Made by a program: the position numbers and the translations under genes
Origin: an uncultured Chitinophagaceae bacterium
GTDB lineage: Bacteria; Planctomycetota; Planctomycetia; Pirellulales; UBA1268
Direction of reading: 5' to 3'
NCBI GenBank assembly: GCA_964600785.1
Contig: CAZRKH010000091.1
Location: 9,037 to 73,036 of the forward strand
DNA: 64,000 nucleotides
Notes under the pieces: model-generated
What the model saw: the letters and a program-made list of their open reading frames with translations, nothing else
Databases searched by the model: none
What the model was told of the DNA's origin: nothing
Part shown: positions 24,757 to 34,865 of the stretch, piece by piece
How the letters are laid out: each line of letters starts with the position of its first letter
Position numbering within the stretch: position 1 is the stretch's first letter

Positions 24757-26014
24757 ACGCGTCCGCGGCGACGGCCACGGCGGCAGCCTGGCCGGTGCTC
24801 GAGAGATTCACCGCCAGGGCCACCGGCGGGCGACCGGTGAGCGGTTCGCCGTGCACCACCTGCACCGGGCAGGCCGGGTCGGCCGTCTCGAAGTTGAGCG
24901 TCGGCAGCACGTCACCGCGGCCGAGGTCGAGCAGACTCGCGGCGAGTTCCACCGCGCCCCCGCCCGCGCCGAGGTGGCCGAAACGGCTCTTGAAGGCCGT
25001 CACCGGCACGTCGCCAAGTTCGGCCCGGATCGCCCCGGCCTCGATGCGGTCCATCTCCACAGTGCCGAGCCCGTGGGCGTTGACATGGCCGATCTCGTGC
25101 GGCTCGAGGTCGGCCACGGCCAGGGCCCCGCGGATTGCCGCCCGAAGTCCACGGCCCTCGATCGAGCCGCCGTGGGGCACCGGCTCGTGCCGTGCCACCA
25201 CCGAGAGCAGCCTGCCGTGAATCCTCGCACCGCGACGCATCGCATGCTCGAGTGACTCCAGCACGATCGCCCCGGCCCCTTCGCCGTTGACCATTCCGTC
25301 ACGGTCGCGGTCGAAGGGCCGTGAGGCCCGACGGCAGTCGTCGCGGCGGTGGGAAAGCTGGCATTCCCCACGGGCCACGATTGCCGTCGGGTCGAGGCGG
25401 CAGCCGGTGCCACCGGTGATCATCACGTCGGCCCAGCCACGTCGGATCACGCTGGCCGCCTCGGCGATCGCCAGCAGGCTCGAAACGTCGCCGAGCACGA
25501 TCGTGTTGTTGGGCCCCCGGGCGTCCTGGGCGATCGCGATGTGGGAGGCGGTCATGTTGGGCAGCAGCTTGAGCAGCCACAGCGGGTGGAGTTCGTCGGC
25601 GGCTGCGTCGGCCCAGCGGGTGAAATCGAAGCGGCCCTCGTGGATGCAGCGGCGATAGCTGCCCTCCAGATCGTGGGTGTCGGCGTAGATCATGTCGCTG
25701 CCGAAGACCACGCCGAAGCGTTCGGGCTCCACGCTGCCCGCCGGCAAGCCGGCATCGACCATCGCCAGATCGGCCGCGGCGAAGCCGAAGCAGATTTCGC
25801 GGCTCATCACCTTGAGGCTCTTGCGGGGCCGGACATAGAGCTTGGGGTCGAAGTCGACAATCTGGCCGCCGAATCCGACCTCCAGGGCCGATGGGTCGAA
25901 GGCCTCGATCGGACGAATGCCGCTGAGCCCGGCGTGAAGCTGCTCGCCGAAGGCCTCCAGGCCGACGCCGATGGGGCTGACGACGCCGAGTCCGGTGATC
26001 ACGATCTCTCGCAT
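24755..26014 (-). CDS. beta-ketoacyl-ACP synthase II-like protein lacking the catalytic cysteine (Cys to Asp)
   Basis: MREIVITGLGVVSPIG.. aligns along its length with FabF. The His-His-Lys residues are retained (HVNAHGLGT; AFKSRFGHLGAGGG). Where FabF has RGPsisiATACtSG this protein has RGPNNTIVLGDVSS. ATG at 26014. Confidence 0.8.
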   Translation of the reverse strand: MREIVITGLGVVSPIGVGLEAFGEQLHAGLSGIRPIEAFDPSALEVGFGGQIVDFDPKLYVRPRKSLKVMSREICFGFAAADLAMVDAGLPAGSVEPERFGVVFGSDMIYADTHDLEGSYRRCIHEGRFDFTRWADAAADELHPLWLLKLLPNMTASHIAIAQDARGPNNTIVLGDVSSLLAIAEAASVIRRGWADVMITGGTGCRLDPTAIVARGECQLSHRRDDCRRASRPFDRDRDGMVNGEGAGAIVLESLEHAMRRGARIHGRLLSVVARHEPVPHGGSIEGRGLRAAIRGALAVADLEPHEIGHVNAHGLGTVEMDRIEAGAIRAELGDVPVTAFKSRFGHLGAGGGAVELAASLLDLGRGDVLPTLNFETADPACPVQVVHGEPLTGRPPVALAVNLSSTGQAAAVAVAADA

Positions 26015-26165
26015 GGTCGCTGGAGGGGTCCGGGGGCCGAGGGACCGGCTCGGCCGCCGCCCCCGGGAATGGGATTCCTGCACGGTAAACCAAGCGGCCT
26101 CTCGCCGAAAGCCTCAGCCGCCGGCCCCGCCTGCTGTCGGCCGACCGAAACCGACCTGGGGGCGG

Positions 26166-27260
26166 TCAGCAGATCCGCGGCAGCTGCTCCCCGACCGGTA
26201 GCGGCACGACCCGGCTGCCCCCGATCGGCGTGCGTGCGGTGACCTTGCCGGCGGGCCGACGGGTGACCCGCCCGATGACCGCGGCGTTGCGACCCTCGGG
26301 CCGGGACCGCATCGCCTCGAGCAGCCTGCCTGCCTCGTCGCCGGCCACGATCGCCAGCAGTTTGCCCTCGTTGGCCACCAGCAGCGGGTCGAGCCCGAGC
26401 AGCTCGCAGGCCGAGGCCACTGCCGGGGCGACCGGCACCGCCGCATCGTCGATTTCGATGCCGACCGGCTCCCGGCCCGCGGCCCGCCTGGCGGCCGAGG
26501 CGAGGCTCGCGATTTCGTTGAGGCTCGTGGCCACACCGCCACGGGTGGGATCCCGCAGCAGCCGGATCCCGTCCGCCGCGGCGAGCATCTCCGCCACCAG
26601 ACCATGCAAGGCTGCGGTGTCGCTGGCGATCTCCGCCTCGAAGCCGAGGCCCTCCCGCAGGCTCATCACTGCCATCCCATGATCGGCGAGTGTCCCGCTG
26701 AGCACGACCGCATCGCCCGGCTCGATGCGGCCGGCGTCGAGATCGACCCCCTCGGGCACGACGCCAATCCCGGTGGTGTTGATGTAGACCCCGTCGCCGT
26801 GGCCCCGCTCGACGACCTTCGTGTCGCCCGCCACGATCCGCACGCCCGCCGCCGCCGCCGCCGCCGCCATGGCCGCGGTGATCCGCTCGAGATCCACGAT
26901 CGGCAGGCCTTCCTCGAGGATGAAGCCAACGGTCAGAAACCTCGGCACCGCGCCGCTCATCGCCAGGTCGTTGACGGTGCCGTTGACCGCCAGCTCGCCG
27001 ATCGAGCCGCCGGGAAAGAAGAGCGGCCGCACCACGAAGGAATCGGTCGAGCAGGCCAGGCGGCCGGGCAGCTCTCCGAGCACCGCCGAATCGCCGAGCC
27101 GCTCGAGCACGGGGTTGCCGAAGGCCGGCAGGAAGATTCGCTCGATCAGTTCCCCGGAGAGCAGCCCGCCCCCTCCGTGGCCGAGCACGATTCGCCCGGC
27201 AGAGCCGTCGGAGGTCGGGCAGGAGAACCCACTGAAGTCGATGGAAGCCCGCTCGCTCAT
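26166..27260 (-). CDS. hypE: hydrogenase maturation protein HypE
   Basis: ..RIVLGHGGGGLLSGELIE.., an AIR-synthase-like fold and the invariant C-terminal ..PRIC. Confidence 0.95.
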   Translation of the reverse strand: MSERASIDFSGFSCPTSDGSAGRIVLGHGGGGLLSGELIERIFLPAFGNPVLERLGDSAVLGELPGRLACSTDSFVVRPLFFPGGSIGELAVNGTVNDLAMSGAVPRFLTVGFILEEGLPIVDLERITAAMAAAAAAAGVRIVAGDTKVVERGHGDGVYINTTGIGVVPEGVDLDAGRIEPGDAVVLSGTLADHGMAVMSLREGLGFEAEIASDTAALHGLVAEMLAAADGIRLLRDPTRGGVATSLNEIASLASAARRAAGREPVGIEIDDAAVPVAPAVASACELLGLDPLLVANEGKLLAIVAGDEAGRLLEAMRSRPEGRNAAVIGRVTRRPAGKVTARTPIGGSRVVPLPVGEQLPRIC

Positions 27261-28343
27261 TTACCGGCCCGCGTGAAAGTAGGCGGCGCAGGCCCCTTCG
27301 CTGGAGACCATCGTCGCCCCCAGGGGCGTCCGCGGCGTGCACTCCCGGCCAAAGGCGGGGCACTCGTTGGGCTTGAGCGTGCCCTGGAGCACTTCCCCGC
27401 TGTGGCACAGCGGCGACTCCTCGGCCGGCTGGCCGGCCGCGGGAAACCGCCGCTGGGCATCAAAGCCGGCATAGGCCTCTGCCAGCTGCCAGCCGCTGGC
27501 GGGAATCGTGCCGATCCCCCGCCAGGCCCGGTCGACCGGTTCGAAGACCTCCGCGAGCACCGCCTGGGCCTCGCGGTTGCCCTCATCGGTGACTGCGCGG
27601 GCATAGGCATTCTCGACCTCGTGGCGACCCGCCTCGAGCTGGGCGATGGCGCGGCGGATCCCCTCGAGCAGGTCGAGCGGCTCGAAGCCGGTGATCACGA
27701 TTGGCACCCGGTGCGTCCGGCAGAGATCCGGATACTGCCAGATACCCATCACGCTGCAGACATGACCGGCCGCGAGGAAGGCATCGACCCGGCAGCCGGG
27801 AGAACGCATGATCGCGTCGATCGCCGGCGGCACGAGCACGTGCGAGACGATCGCCGAGAAGTTGGCAAGATCCCGGCTCGCGGCGAGCTTGATCGCCATC
27901 GCGTTGGCCGGGGCGGTGGTCTCGAAGCCGATCGCCAGAAAGACCACCTCGCGATCGGGATTCTCCGCAGCCAGCCGCACCGCATCGAGCGGCGAGTAGA
28001 CCACGCGGACATCCCCGCCGCGTCCCTTGACGTCGAACAGGTTTTCCCGGCTGCCCGGCACGCGGAGCATGTCGCCGAAGGAGCAGAAGATCACTTCCGG
28101 CCGGGCCGCGATCTCGATCGCCCGGTCGATCACCGACAGCGGGGTCACGCAGACCGGACAGCCGGGGCCGTGGATCATCTCCACGTTCTCGCCGAGCAGT
28201 TGATCGATACCGTTGCGGATGATCGAGTGGGTCTGGCCGCCGCAGACCTCCATGATCGCCCAGGGCCGGGTCGCACTGCGGCGGATCTCCGCCGCCAGCC
28301 TGCGGGCAGTGTCGGCATCGCGGTATTCGGTGAGGTACTTCAT
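27261..28343 (-). CDS. hypD: hydrogenase maturation protein HypD
   Basis: MKYLTEYRD...[21 protein letters not shown]...FETTAP....[10 protein letters not shown] are conserved HypD motifs. ATG at 28343 overlaps the hypC stop. Confidence 0.95.
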   Translation of the reverse strand: MKYLTEYRDADTARRLAAEIRRSATRPWAIMEVCGGQTHSIIRNGIDQLLGENVEMIHGPGCPVCVTPLSVIDRAIEIAARPEVIFCSFGDMLRVPGSRENLFDVKGRGGDVRVVYSPLDAVRLAAENPDREVVFLAIGFETTAPANAMAIKLAASRDLANFSAIVSHVLVPPAIDAIMRSPGCRVDAFLAAGHVCSVMGIWQYPDLCRTHRVPIVITGFEPLDLLEGIRRAIAQLEAGRHEVENAYARAVTDEGNREAQAVLAEVFEPVDRAWRGIGTIPASGWQLAEAYAGFDAQRRFPAAGQPAEESPLCHSGEVLQGTLKPNECPAFGRECTPRTPLGATMVSSEGACAAYFHAGR

Positions 28344-28612
28344 GGAGGGGTCTCGTCGGTGGCCCGCAGTTCCTCGAGTTCCTCCTCGAGGAGGCCGAGT
28401 TCTGCGAAGGTGGCAAGCGTCTGCCGGGCCGACTCCTCGTCGATGCGGCTGATCGCGAAGCCGACATGCACGATCGTGTAGTCGCCGACCTCGATCTCCG
28501 GCAGGTAGGCGAGGCAGACCTCCTTCACGACGCCGCCGAAGTCGACCTTCCCCATGCGGGTGCCGCGGTCCTCGTAGATCTCCCCGATGCGTCCGGGAAT
28601 CGCCAGGCACAT
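28340..28612 (-). CDS. hypC: hydrogenase maturation chaperone HypC/HupF family
   Basis: The N-terminus MCLAIPGRI (essential Cys2) and a 90-aa OB-fold size. Confidence 0.9.
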   Translation of the reverse strand: MCLAIPGRIGEIYEDRGTRMGKVDFGGVVKEVCLAYLPEIEVGDYTIVHVGFAISRIDEESARQTLATFAELGLLEEELEELRATDETPP

Positions 28613-28615
28613 GCC

Positions 28616-29785
28616 TCACCTCCAGATCATCACGCGGTTGTTGCCGGAGTCGGCGATGGCGAGCGTGTCACCATGCTGGTGCAGCCCGTAGGGCCAGCAG
28701 AGCGAGTCGCTCGTCACCGCCTTCCAGTGATTTTCCCCTGCGGCGTCGAAATCTGGCTGGCCGAACACCGCGCGAGCCTCGCTGCCGGCGGTGACATTTG
28801 GCGGCAGCGGCCACTCGAGCACGCGGTTGTTGGCGGTGTCGGCCACCACAAGGAATCGTCCGTTGGCATTCTCGCCCCGGGAAAGCCCGTAGGGAAATCG
28901 CAGCCTCGCCGGTCCCTGCGGCCGGTAGGGAAACTCCCCGTTGGAGTCGAAGTCGGCCTGACCGAGGACGATCGTTGCCGGCATGTCGGCGGTCGGCTGC
29001 CCGGGAAACCCGAGGACCCGGTGGTTGCCCGCGTCGGCCACAAACAGCCAGGAGCGGTCACCGGCGATTCCATGGGGCCAGCGGAACGACGAGGCCGAAG
29101 GTGGTCCGCCGCGGTTCTCCTCGTGGGCTGAAAAGTCATCCTGGCCGAGCACGACATCCGCGGGACGGTCGTCCTCGGGCAGCCCGTTCCAGATCAGCAC
29201 CCGACGGTTGCCGGTGTCGGCCACGTGCAGCCGGCCGGCGATGAAGGCCAGACCGTAAGGCCAGCGGAGGCTGTCGGCGGCTGCTTCACCGCCGCGGTTG
29301 GGCTCGACCGCTTCAAGGTTCGGCTGGCCGAGGCAGCAGTCCGGCGGGGTGTCGCTTCGGGTGGGCAGTTCGTGCCACACCAGCACTCGGTGATGCCAGG
29401 CGTCGGCCACCAGCAGCCGTCCCTCGGCCACGATTGCCGCGGTGGGCAGATGCAGTCCGCCGGCCGGCCCGCGACCGGAAGCCGCCGGCCCCTCGGCCTC
29501 GAAGCCCGCCTGGCCGAGCACGATCGACGCGGCGGCGTGGTCCTCGGCGGGCAGGCCCTCCCAGATGAGCAGGCGGTGGTTGCCGGTGTCGCAAACGATC
29601 AGCCGCTGGTCGTCGAGCCACACGCCGCGGGGCGCGTAGAGCTGCGAAGCGGTCGGCATCGCCGCGGGCAGGGCCAGCCCGCCGGGAGCCGCCGCACCGA
29701 TCCAGCGGACCGGCCGCCGGCCCCCGGCATCCTCGCCGGCCGCCGTGGCGGACGGCGGTTCGACCGATGGCCCCTGTCTGCTCAT
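28616..29785 (-). CDS. six-bladed NHL-repeat beta-propeller protein (hydrogenase-locus accessory)
   Basis: Six repeats of the type ..L.VADTGNHRVLIW.. ([66 protein letters not shown]). ATG at 29785 overlaps the upstream stop (ATGA). Its stop lies 3 nt from the hypC start. Confidence 0.8.
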   Translation of the reverse strand: MSRQGPSVEPPSATAAGEDAGGRRPVRWIGAAAPGGLALPAAMPTASQLYAPRGVWLDDQRLIVCDTGNHRLLIWEGLPAEDHAAASIVLGQAGFEAEGPAASGRGPAGGLHLPTAAIVAEGRLLVADAWHHRVLVWHELPTRSDTPPDCCLGQPNLEAVEPNRGGEAAADSLRWPYGLAFIAGRLHVADTGNRRVLIWNGLPEDDRPADVVLGQDDFSAHEENRGGPPSASSFRWPHGIAGDRSWLFVADAGNHRVLGFPGQPTADMPATIVLGQADFDSNGEFPYRPQGPARLRFPYGLSRGENANGRFLVVADTANNRVLEWPLPPNVTAGSEARAVFGQPDFDAAGENHWKAVTSDSLCWPYGLHQHGDTLAIADSGNNRVMIWR

Positions 29786-30681
29786 GACGGCCGCACCCAG
29801 ATCAGGCCCTCGCTGACCCGCAGCGGAAATGCTTCGAGCTGGCACTGCGGAGCGGTGAAGCATTCGCCGGAATCACTGTCGAAGCGGAAGCCGTGCCAGG
29901 GGCAGGTGATCGTGCCGCCCTCGTCGTCGCAGATACCACGCTCCAGCGGCATCCCGGCATGCGGGCAGGCATTCCGGAAGGCCCGCAGTCCGGCCCGGCT
30001 GGCGATCACAAGCACACTCGTCTCTCCCGCCTCGAAGGCCAGCAGCTCACCGGGCACGACCGCCTCGGCCGGCGGGCCGGCCATCCAGCCGGCCGCCTCG
30101 AGGCTCGCCTGATCGCCGGCGGGTGCCGGGGCGATCTGGAAGACCGCCGGCTCGGCGGCCAGCGGCTCGGCGGGCACCACCTCCACCCCCTCGATTTCCG
30201 GCACATGCTCTTTGAGTGATTCCTCCACGGTTGTGCGGAGCGTGACCGACGACATCGAGCATCCGTTGCAGCTGCCGGAGAGCTGCACGAAGGCTCGACC
30301 CTCGCGGACGTCGACCAAGGCCACGTCGCCACCGTGCGACTGGAGGTAGGGCCGTACCATTTCAATCACGCGTGCTACGCGGGTCTCGAGGTCGGCCCGC
30401 ACCAGGCCGTGCATCGCGAAGAGCGCATAGACCTCCGGCTCGGCGGCGAGTTCCAAGAGCAGCTCCTTGCCGCGAGGGTCGGCCTTGAGCAGCCGCACGA
30501 TCCTCGTCAGGCCCACCTTGTGAAACTCCTCGATCGCCGCCCGCAACGCGGTTGCCTTGCCGCGGTGCTCCGGCTCGAGGGCCGCCACCTCCGCCGCTGC
30601 CGCATCGACTGTCGCGGCGAGCCGCTCGAGATCGGCGGAGTGATCGGTCTGGTCGGGCTCGGCCTGATGATCGGTGGACAT
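29782..30681 (-). CDS. NifU(C-terminal Nfu)-Rieske [2Fe-2S] fusion protein (HucE/HhyE-like candidate)
   Basis: The central Nfu domain is ..IEMVRPYLQSHGGDVALVDV..AFVQLSGSCNGCSMSSVTLRTTVEESLKE... The C-terminal Rieske motifs are CPHAG...CPWHGFRFD. ATG at 30681. Confidence 0.8.
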   Translation of the reverse strand: MSTDHQAEPDQTDHSADLERLAATVDAAAAEVAALEPEHRGKATALRAAIEEFHKVGLTRIVRLLKADPRGKELLLELAAEPEVYALFAMHGLVRADLETRVARVIEMVRPYLQSHGGDVALVDVREGRAFVQLSGSCNGCSMSSVTLRTTVEESLKEHVPEIEGVEVVPAEPLAAEPAVFQIAPAPAGDQASLEAAGWMAGPPAEAVVPGELLAFEAGETSVLVIASRAGLRAFRNACPHAGMPLERGICDDEGGTITCPWHGFRFDSDSGECFTAPQCQLEAFPLRVSEGLIWVRPS

Positions 30682-30741
30682 GTGGGGGGATCGTTTGGGG
30701 TGTGCGGGTCCGAAGATTCTGTTGGCAGAGATCGGCAACGC

Positions 30742-31131
30742 TCAGACCGGCTGGTAGCCGGCCCGTTTGTCGAGGGTTTCGAGGGTCCTGGGGAGCAGCA
30801 CCGCGGCGAACACCGCCCGGGCGAGCAGGCCTGCCGCATCGCCGAGGGTTGCCGTGTCGGTCAGACCGTCAAACAGGTCGCGGTGCGGGAACACCGGCCG
30901 TCGGGCCAGCGCTGCGAGTACGAAGCAGGCCCCGTCAGGGTTGTCGAGCAGAAAATCGGCGAAGAAGGCGTCGGTGAATCCGCTCAGCCAGGTGCCTTCC
31001 CCCTCGGGGTCGTCCCGCAGCTTTTCCGCCGCGGCTTGCGGCCCGCGATGCCGCTCCTCGAGCCGGGCGGCATACCGCTCAGCGGCGGTCTCGAGGAGCA
31101 CGTCAAACTGTTGTCGCTGGTGGAGGTCCAT
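30742..31131 (-). CDS. hypothetical protein (129 aa) within hydrogenase operon
   Basis: ATG at 31131. Same strand and close spacing to its neighbours (41 and 60 nt gaps). I recognise no motif in it. Confidence 0.5.
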   Translation of the reverse strand: MDLHQRQQFDVLLETAAERYAARLEERHRGPQAAAEKLRDDPEGEGTWLSGFTDAFFADFLLDNPDGACFVLAALARRPVFPHRDLFDGLTDTATLGDAAGLLARAVFAAVLLPRTLETLDKRAGYQPV

Positions 31132-31172
31132 GGGGCATGTGGCTCCGCCGGGGCTGAGAGATCGTGGTGGAA

Positions 31173-32744
31173 TCAGAATAGTTCGTCGGCCCGCCCGCCC
31201 TCTCGGATCGCGTCGAGCTGCTGTTGGATCTGGTCGAGCAGTTGGCCGGTGGCCTGCGACTCCTCGCTGCATTCATAGGCACCGAACAGCCGGCGGGCTT
31301 CGGCGAGCTTCTCGATCGCCGGCTTGAAGATTCCCAGGTGGGCCAGGGCATTGGCCTGGTTGAAGAGCACCCTGGAATGGGCCACCGGGTCGCGGGCCCG
31401 AGACCTCACCTCCAGCACCTGCTCGTAGGCCTCGACGGCGTTGGCCAGGTTCTCTCTGGGGTGCGACGAGGGCAGGTATTGCAGGGCATTGGCCAGATTC
31501 ATCATCACGCTCGCCCAGCTGTCGGGATCCCGCTGGCGGTCACAGACTTCCAGAGCCCGGCGAAACGACTGCACGGCGATGCCCGTCCTCAGCTGATCGC
31601 TCGACTCGCCGCGGGGCATCGCCAGATAGGCCAGTCCGAGGCCGTTTTGGATCTGCCCGAACCATCCCGGACGGTTCTCGCGGTCGATGCCCGCCGCAAG
31701 GGCCCGCTGGTAGGCCTTGATCGCCTCGAGCAGCCCGCCCCGGCTGCCGGCGGCCGCGTGCTGGCGGGCCACGGCGAGCTTCATCCAGGCCTCCGCCTCG
31801 AGCAGCCCTCCCGCGGCGGCAGCGGCCAGTTCGGCGGCCTCGGCATACAACTCGCACAGTTCGCTCGGGGCTGTTTGCAGCGTGCCGGCCAGGTCAGCCC
31901 ACTGGATCAGCAGCGTCGCGGCAAACACCGGCGAGGGCTCGCGGGCCACCCTCAAGGCCCGTTCGAGCAGCTCGCAGGCCGCGGGCACGTTATCCCGCTC
32001 AATCGCGGCCGCCGCGGCGGTGAGGCCGGCAAGGGCCGCCAGTTCTCCATCGAGTGTGCCCACGGGCGGTGGCTCACCGCTGAGGCCGTGCGCAAAAGCG
32101 GCGATCTGGCCGAGTTCCTCAAGCCACGCATCGCCGGCTCGTGCGAGGTCTGCGAGGCTCTCGGGTGTGCCGCTGATCACGAAGCGGTTGTAGGCGTCCA
32201 GCGGTGTGTTGCCGTGAATCGCCGCAGCCGCCGCGGGCAGGTCACCCTCTGCGGCAAGCCTGAAGAACCGCCAGGCCCGCGGAACGGGCGTGTTCGCCTC
32301 GCCCCGCAGCAGGCCCGCGAGCGGCTCGCTCGCTTCGCCACTCTCCAGCGGCGGCAGCAGCAGATGCGAGGCTGGAAAGGGAAAGATGCCCACTGGCTGC
32401 GGCCGTGGCAGCCCGGCCGCGGCCAGGCCGACCCGCAGCCCGCCGGCCGACTCGTCCCAGACCGCGGTGTGGCAGCCGGTGGGCAGCTGGAAACCGAAGA
32501 CCTCCGCCACCAGCACGCTGCGGTCGCCGGCGGCGTTGCGTTGCTTGAGGATCAGGCCCCCGGCGGCATTGCCCCGGGTGGGCAAAAGCAGGAGTGTGTG
32601 CCGCTTGACGAGGGCCACCAGGGCGTCGTCGGGAAAGAACCGCTCCGCGTCGGCCCGCCGCAGGCGGAGGTAGCCGTCGGCGGCAATTTCGAGGCTGCAC
32701 TCCGCCGGCGGGGCGGGCGGGCTTGTTGTCTGGCTGCTCATCAC
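31173..32744 (-). CDS. TPR-like helical-repeat protein with distinct N-terminal domain (hydrogenase-locus accessory)
   Basis: The C-terminal about 250 aa shows TPR-like A/L/Y periodicity (..EAIKAYQRALAAGID.., ..AVQSFRRALEVCD.., ..AVEAYEQVLEV.., ..AIEKLAEARRLF..). The start (GTG 32744 or ATG 32741) overlaps the endopeptidase stop (GTGATGA). Confidence 0.65.
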   Translation of the reverse strand: MMSSQTTSPPAPPAECSLEIAADGYLRLRRADAERFFPDDALVALVKRHTLLLLPTRGNAAGGLILKQRNAAGDRSVLVAEVFGFQLPTGCHTAVWDESAGGLRVGLAAAGLPRPQPVGIFPFPASHLLLPPLESGEASEPLAGLLRGEANTPVPRAWRFFRLAAEGDLPAAAAAIHGNTPLDAYNRFVISGTPESLADLARAGDAWLEELGQIAAFAHGLSGEPPPVGTLDGELAALAGLTAAAAAIERDNVPAACELLERALRVAREPSPVFAATLLIQWADLAGTLQTAPSELCELYAEAAELAAAAAGGLLEAEAWMKLAVARQHAAAGSRGGLLEAIKAYQRALAAGIDRENRPGWFGQIQNGLGLAYLAMPRGESSDQLRTGIAVQSFRRALEVCDRQRDPDSWASVMMNLANALQYLPSSHPRENLANAVEAYEQVLEVRSRARDPVAHSRVLFNQANALAHLGIFKPAIEKLAEARRLFGAYECSEESQATGQLLDQIQQQLDAIREGGRADELF

Positions 32745-33223
32745 CCGACCTCCGCGGTGAGCCGGGCGAGCAGTCGCTCGGCGAGCCGATCGACCGCCGC
32801 ATCGACCGCGGGGGAGAGCCCTTCGCCCACCTCGTAGTTGACGCCTTCGATGAGGTAGGCGGTCACGCTCGCGGGGTAGTCGTCCTTGAGCAGCCAGCGG
32901 GCAAAGGCGATCGCATGGTCCCAGCGGAAGGCATGGAGGTTGATGCTGCCCAGGGGGGGCAGATTCTCAACCTCGTGGCCGGGCAGTTCGAAGGTCGCAC
33001 CGGGGTCGCTGCCGGAGGAGCAGGCATCGACCAGGATCACCTCCGGCACGCCTCGCATCTGGAAGGCGACGTCCATCCCGCCGGTGCCGCCGTCGGCACA
33101 CCGCACACCCACAGGCAGCCCCCGCTCCCAGAGCCGCCGGACCAGCACCGGCCCAGCCGCGTCGTCGCCCCGCAGCAGGTTGCCGCAGCCGATGACGAGC
33201 GTGCGGATCGGCCCGGAGTCCAT
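32741..33223 (-). CDS. [NiFe]-hydrogenase maturation endopeptidase (HyaD/HybD/HupD family)
   Basis: ..TLVIGCGNLLRGDDAAGPVL.....EVILVDA.....H.. are the family metal-ligand motifs (GDD, D, H). 160 aa. It starts 3 nt after the large-subunit stop. Confidence 0.9.
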   Translation of the reverse strand: MDSGPIRTLVIGCGNLLRGDDAAGPVLVRRLWERGLPVGVRCADGGTGGMDVAFQMRGVPEVILVDACSSGSDPGATFELPGHEVENLPPLGSINLHAFRWDHAIAFARWLLKDDYPASVTAYLIEGVNYEVGEGLSPAVDAAVDRLAERLLARLTAEVG

Positions 33224-33226
33224 CGC

Positions 33227-34852
33227 TCACCCCATCTCGCCGATCCGGAACTTCGCCAGTTCGCGGCCGGTCTTGCCGTCGAAGGTGTGCACCGTGCAGA
33301 CCAGGCAGGAGTCGTAGGAGCGGGCCACGTGGCCCATCTCCACCGGGTCGGTCGGGTCGGTGATCGGCGAGCCGATGAACGACTGCTCCATCGGCCCGTG
33401 CACGTCCTTGCCGTCCTGCGGGCCGATGTTCCAGGCTGTCGGTGTGACCACCTGGTAGTTCTCGATCTTGCCGTTCTCGATCACGATCCAGTCGGCGAGC
33501 GAGCCGCGGGCCGCCTCGGTGGCCCCAAAGCCCTTGCCGGAGGCGTGTTCCACCGGCTTGGTGTAGAAGTTTTCGTGGAGGTCAATTTCCGAGAGCCACT
33601 GCTGGGCGAGCTTGTAATACTTGCAGGCCTCGTGCATCCGGGCCATCACCCGCACCAGCACGCTCGGGCCGGCCTTGGTCACCGCATCGAGAAAGAGCGG
33701 GTCGAAATCCTGATGGGCCGCCGCTGCGGGCCTGCCCGCGATCACCTGCCGGGCCAGCGGCCCCGCCTCCAGTGGCATCGGCCCCTTGCCAGGCACCTCA
33801 TAGCGAGGGCTCTTGGCCCAGGAATACTTGCCCTCTTTGTGACCCTCGGCCGGATCGATCGGGTCGGTGACACCCTCCCAGGGATGCAGGTAGGTGTCAC
33901 CCCGGAAGAACGAATGGGCGGTACTCTCGCGGACATGCAGGTGGTCGAAGTCGTGAAACTCATCGCCATCGTAGACCCCGGCCCGGTTGATGAGGGCGGC
34001 ATTGCGGCCTTCGATCGTGGGTCGTTCGTAGAGTTCCGGCTGGAAGTAGGTGCCGGTGGCGAGAAATTTCCCGCAGCCGCCGCCGAAGCGATCGAGCCCG
34101 ATCGCCCTGGCGAAGTGCAGGAACATTCCGCAGTCGCTCCTCCGCTGGCTCTCGTTCTCTTCCGACCAGGCCCAGACATCGTCCCAGGTCTTGTTCTCCA
34201 TCCACCGCTCGATCGGGCAGCCGAGCCAGACCTTCTCCAGCCACTCCCGCTTCCAGTAGTCGAGAATTGCCGTGGCCCGGGTCACGTCGGAGAGGGTGGG
34301 GCCGCACATCACTCCGCCGGGGATCATGAAGCTCGAATGTGGCCACTGGCCACCGAAGATCGCGTAGACCTCCACCGGCTTGCCCGAGAGGGTCACTCCT
34401 GTCTCGTAGGAGGTACCCGTGAAGGGGGCGAACCGCCGCACGATCTCGTCGTATTCGGGCGCCGAGGCGTAGTTCTTGTTGGTCAGGTCGACGGCGAAGA
34501 GGGCATAGAACCACCGCGGGATCGACTGCAGGGTCTCGCAGCACTGACCGATGTTGCGAACCAGCGTCGCATTGCGGGGGACATGGGTCCGCCAGGCGGT
34601 GTCGAGGGCATAGGCGGCCTTGTAAAGATGGCTGCCCCCGCAGATGCCGCAGATGCGGGGCGTGACGATCAGGCCGGCCTGCGGATCCTTTCCCTTGAGG
34701 ATGATCTCGAAGCCGCGGAACATGCTCGCCTCGGTCCAGGCATCGGTGACGACACCGTCGGTGACCTCGATCCTGAGGTCGAGGTCACCCTCGACGCGGC
34801 CCAGCGGGCTGATCCGCATCGGAGTGGTGGTCGATTCGGTGGCGGTGGCCAT
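33227..34852 (-). CDS. [NiFe]-hydrogenase large subunit
   Basis: N-terminal RVEGDL, L1 motif TPRICGICGGSH and L2 motif RSYDSCLVCTVH, followed by a 19-aa C-terminal extension (TFDGKTGRELAKFRIGEMG) of the type removed by the endopeptidase. 541 aa. Confidence 0.95.
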   Translation of the reverse strand: MATATESTTTPMRISPLGRVEGDLDLRIEVTDGVVTDAWTEASMFRGFEIILKGKDPQAGLIVTPRICGICGGSHLYKAAYALDTAWRTHVPRNATLVRNIGQCCETLQSIPRWFYALFAVDLTNKNYASAPEYDEIVRRFAPFTGTSYETGVTLSGKPVEVYAIFGGQWPHSSFMIPGGVMCGPTLSDVTRATAILDYWKREWLEKVWLGCPIERWMENKTWDDVWAWSEENESQRRSDCGMFLHFARAIGLDRFGGGCGKFLATGTYFQPELYERPTIEGRNAALINRAGVYDGDEFHDFDHLHVRESTAHSFFRGDTYLHPWEGVTDPIDPAEGHKEGKYSWAKSPRYEVPGKGPMPLEAGPLARQVIAGRPAAAAHQDFDPLFLDAVTKAGPSVLVRVMARMHEACKYYKLAQQWLSEIDLHENFYTKPVEHASGKGFGATEAARGSLADWIVIENGKIENYQVVTPTAWNIGPQDGKDVHGPMEQSFIGSPITDPTDPVEMGHVARSYDSCLVCTVHTFDGKTGRELAKFRIGEMG

Positions 34853-34865
34853 GGGGTTCTCCTGT

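Noticed and set aside
33227-34852. Checked the large subunit for a selenocysteine (in-frame TGA) as in [NiFeSe] enzymes
   Set aside because: The ORF is uninterrupted and the L2 motif has Cys at both positions (DSCLVCTVH).
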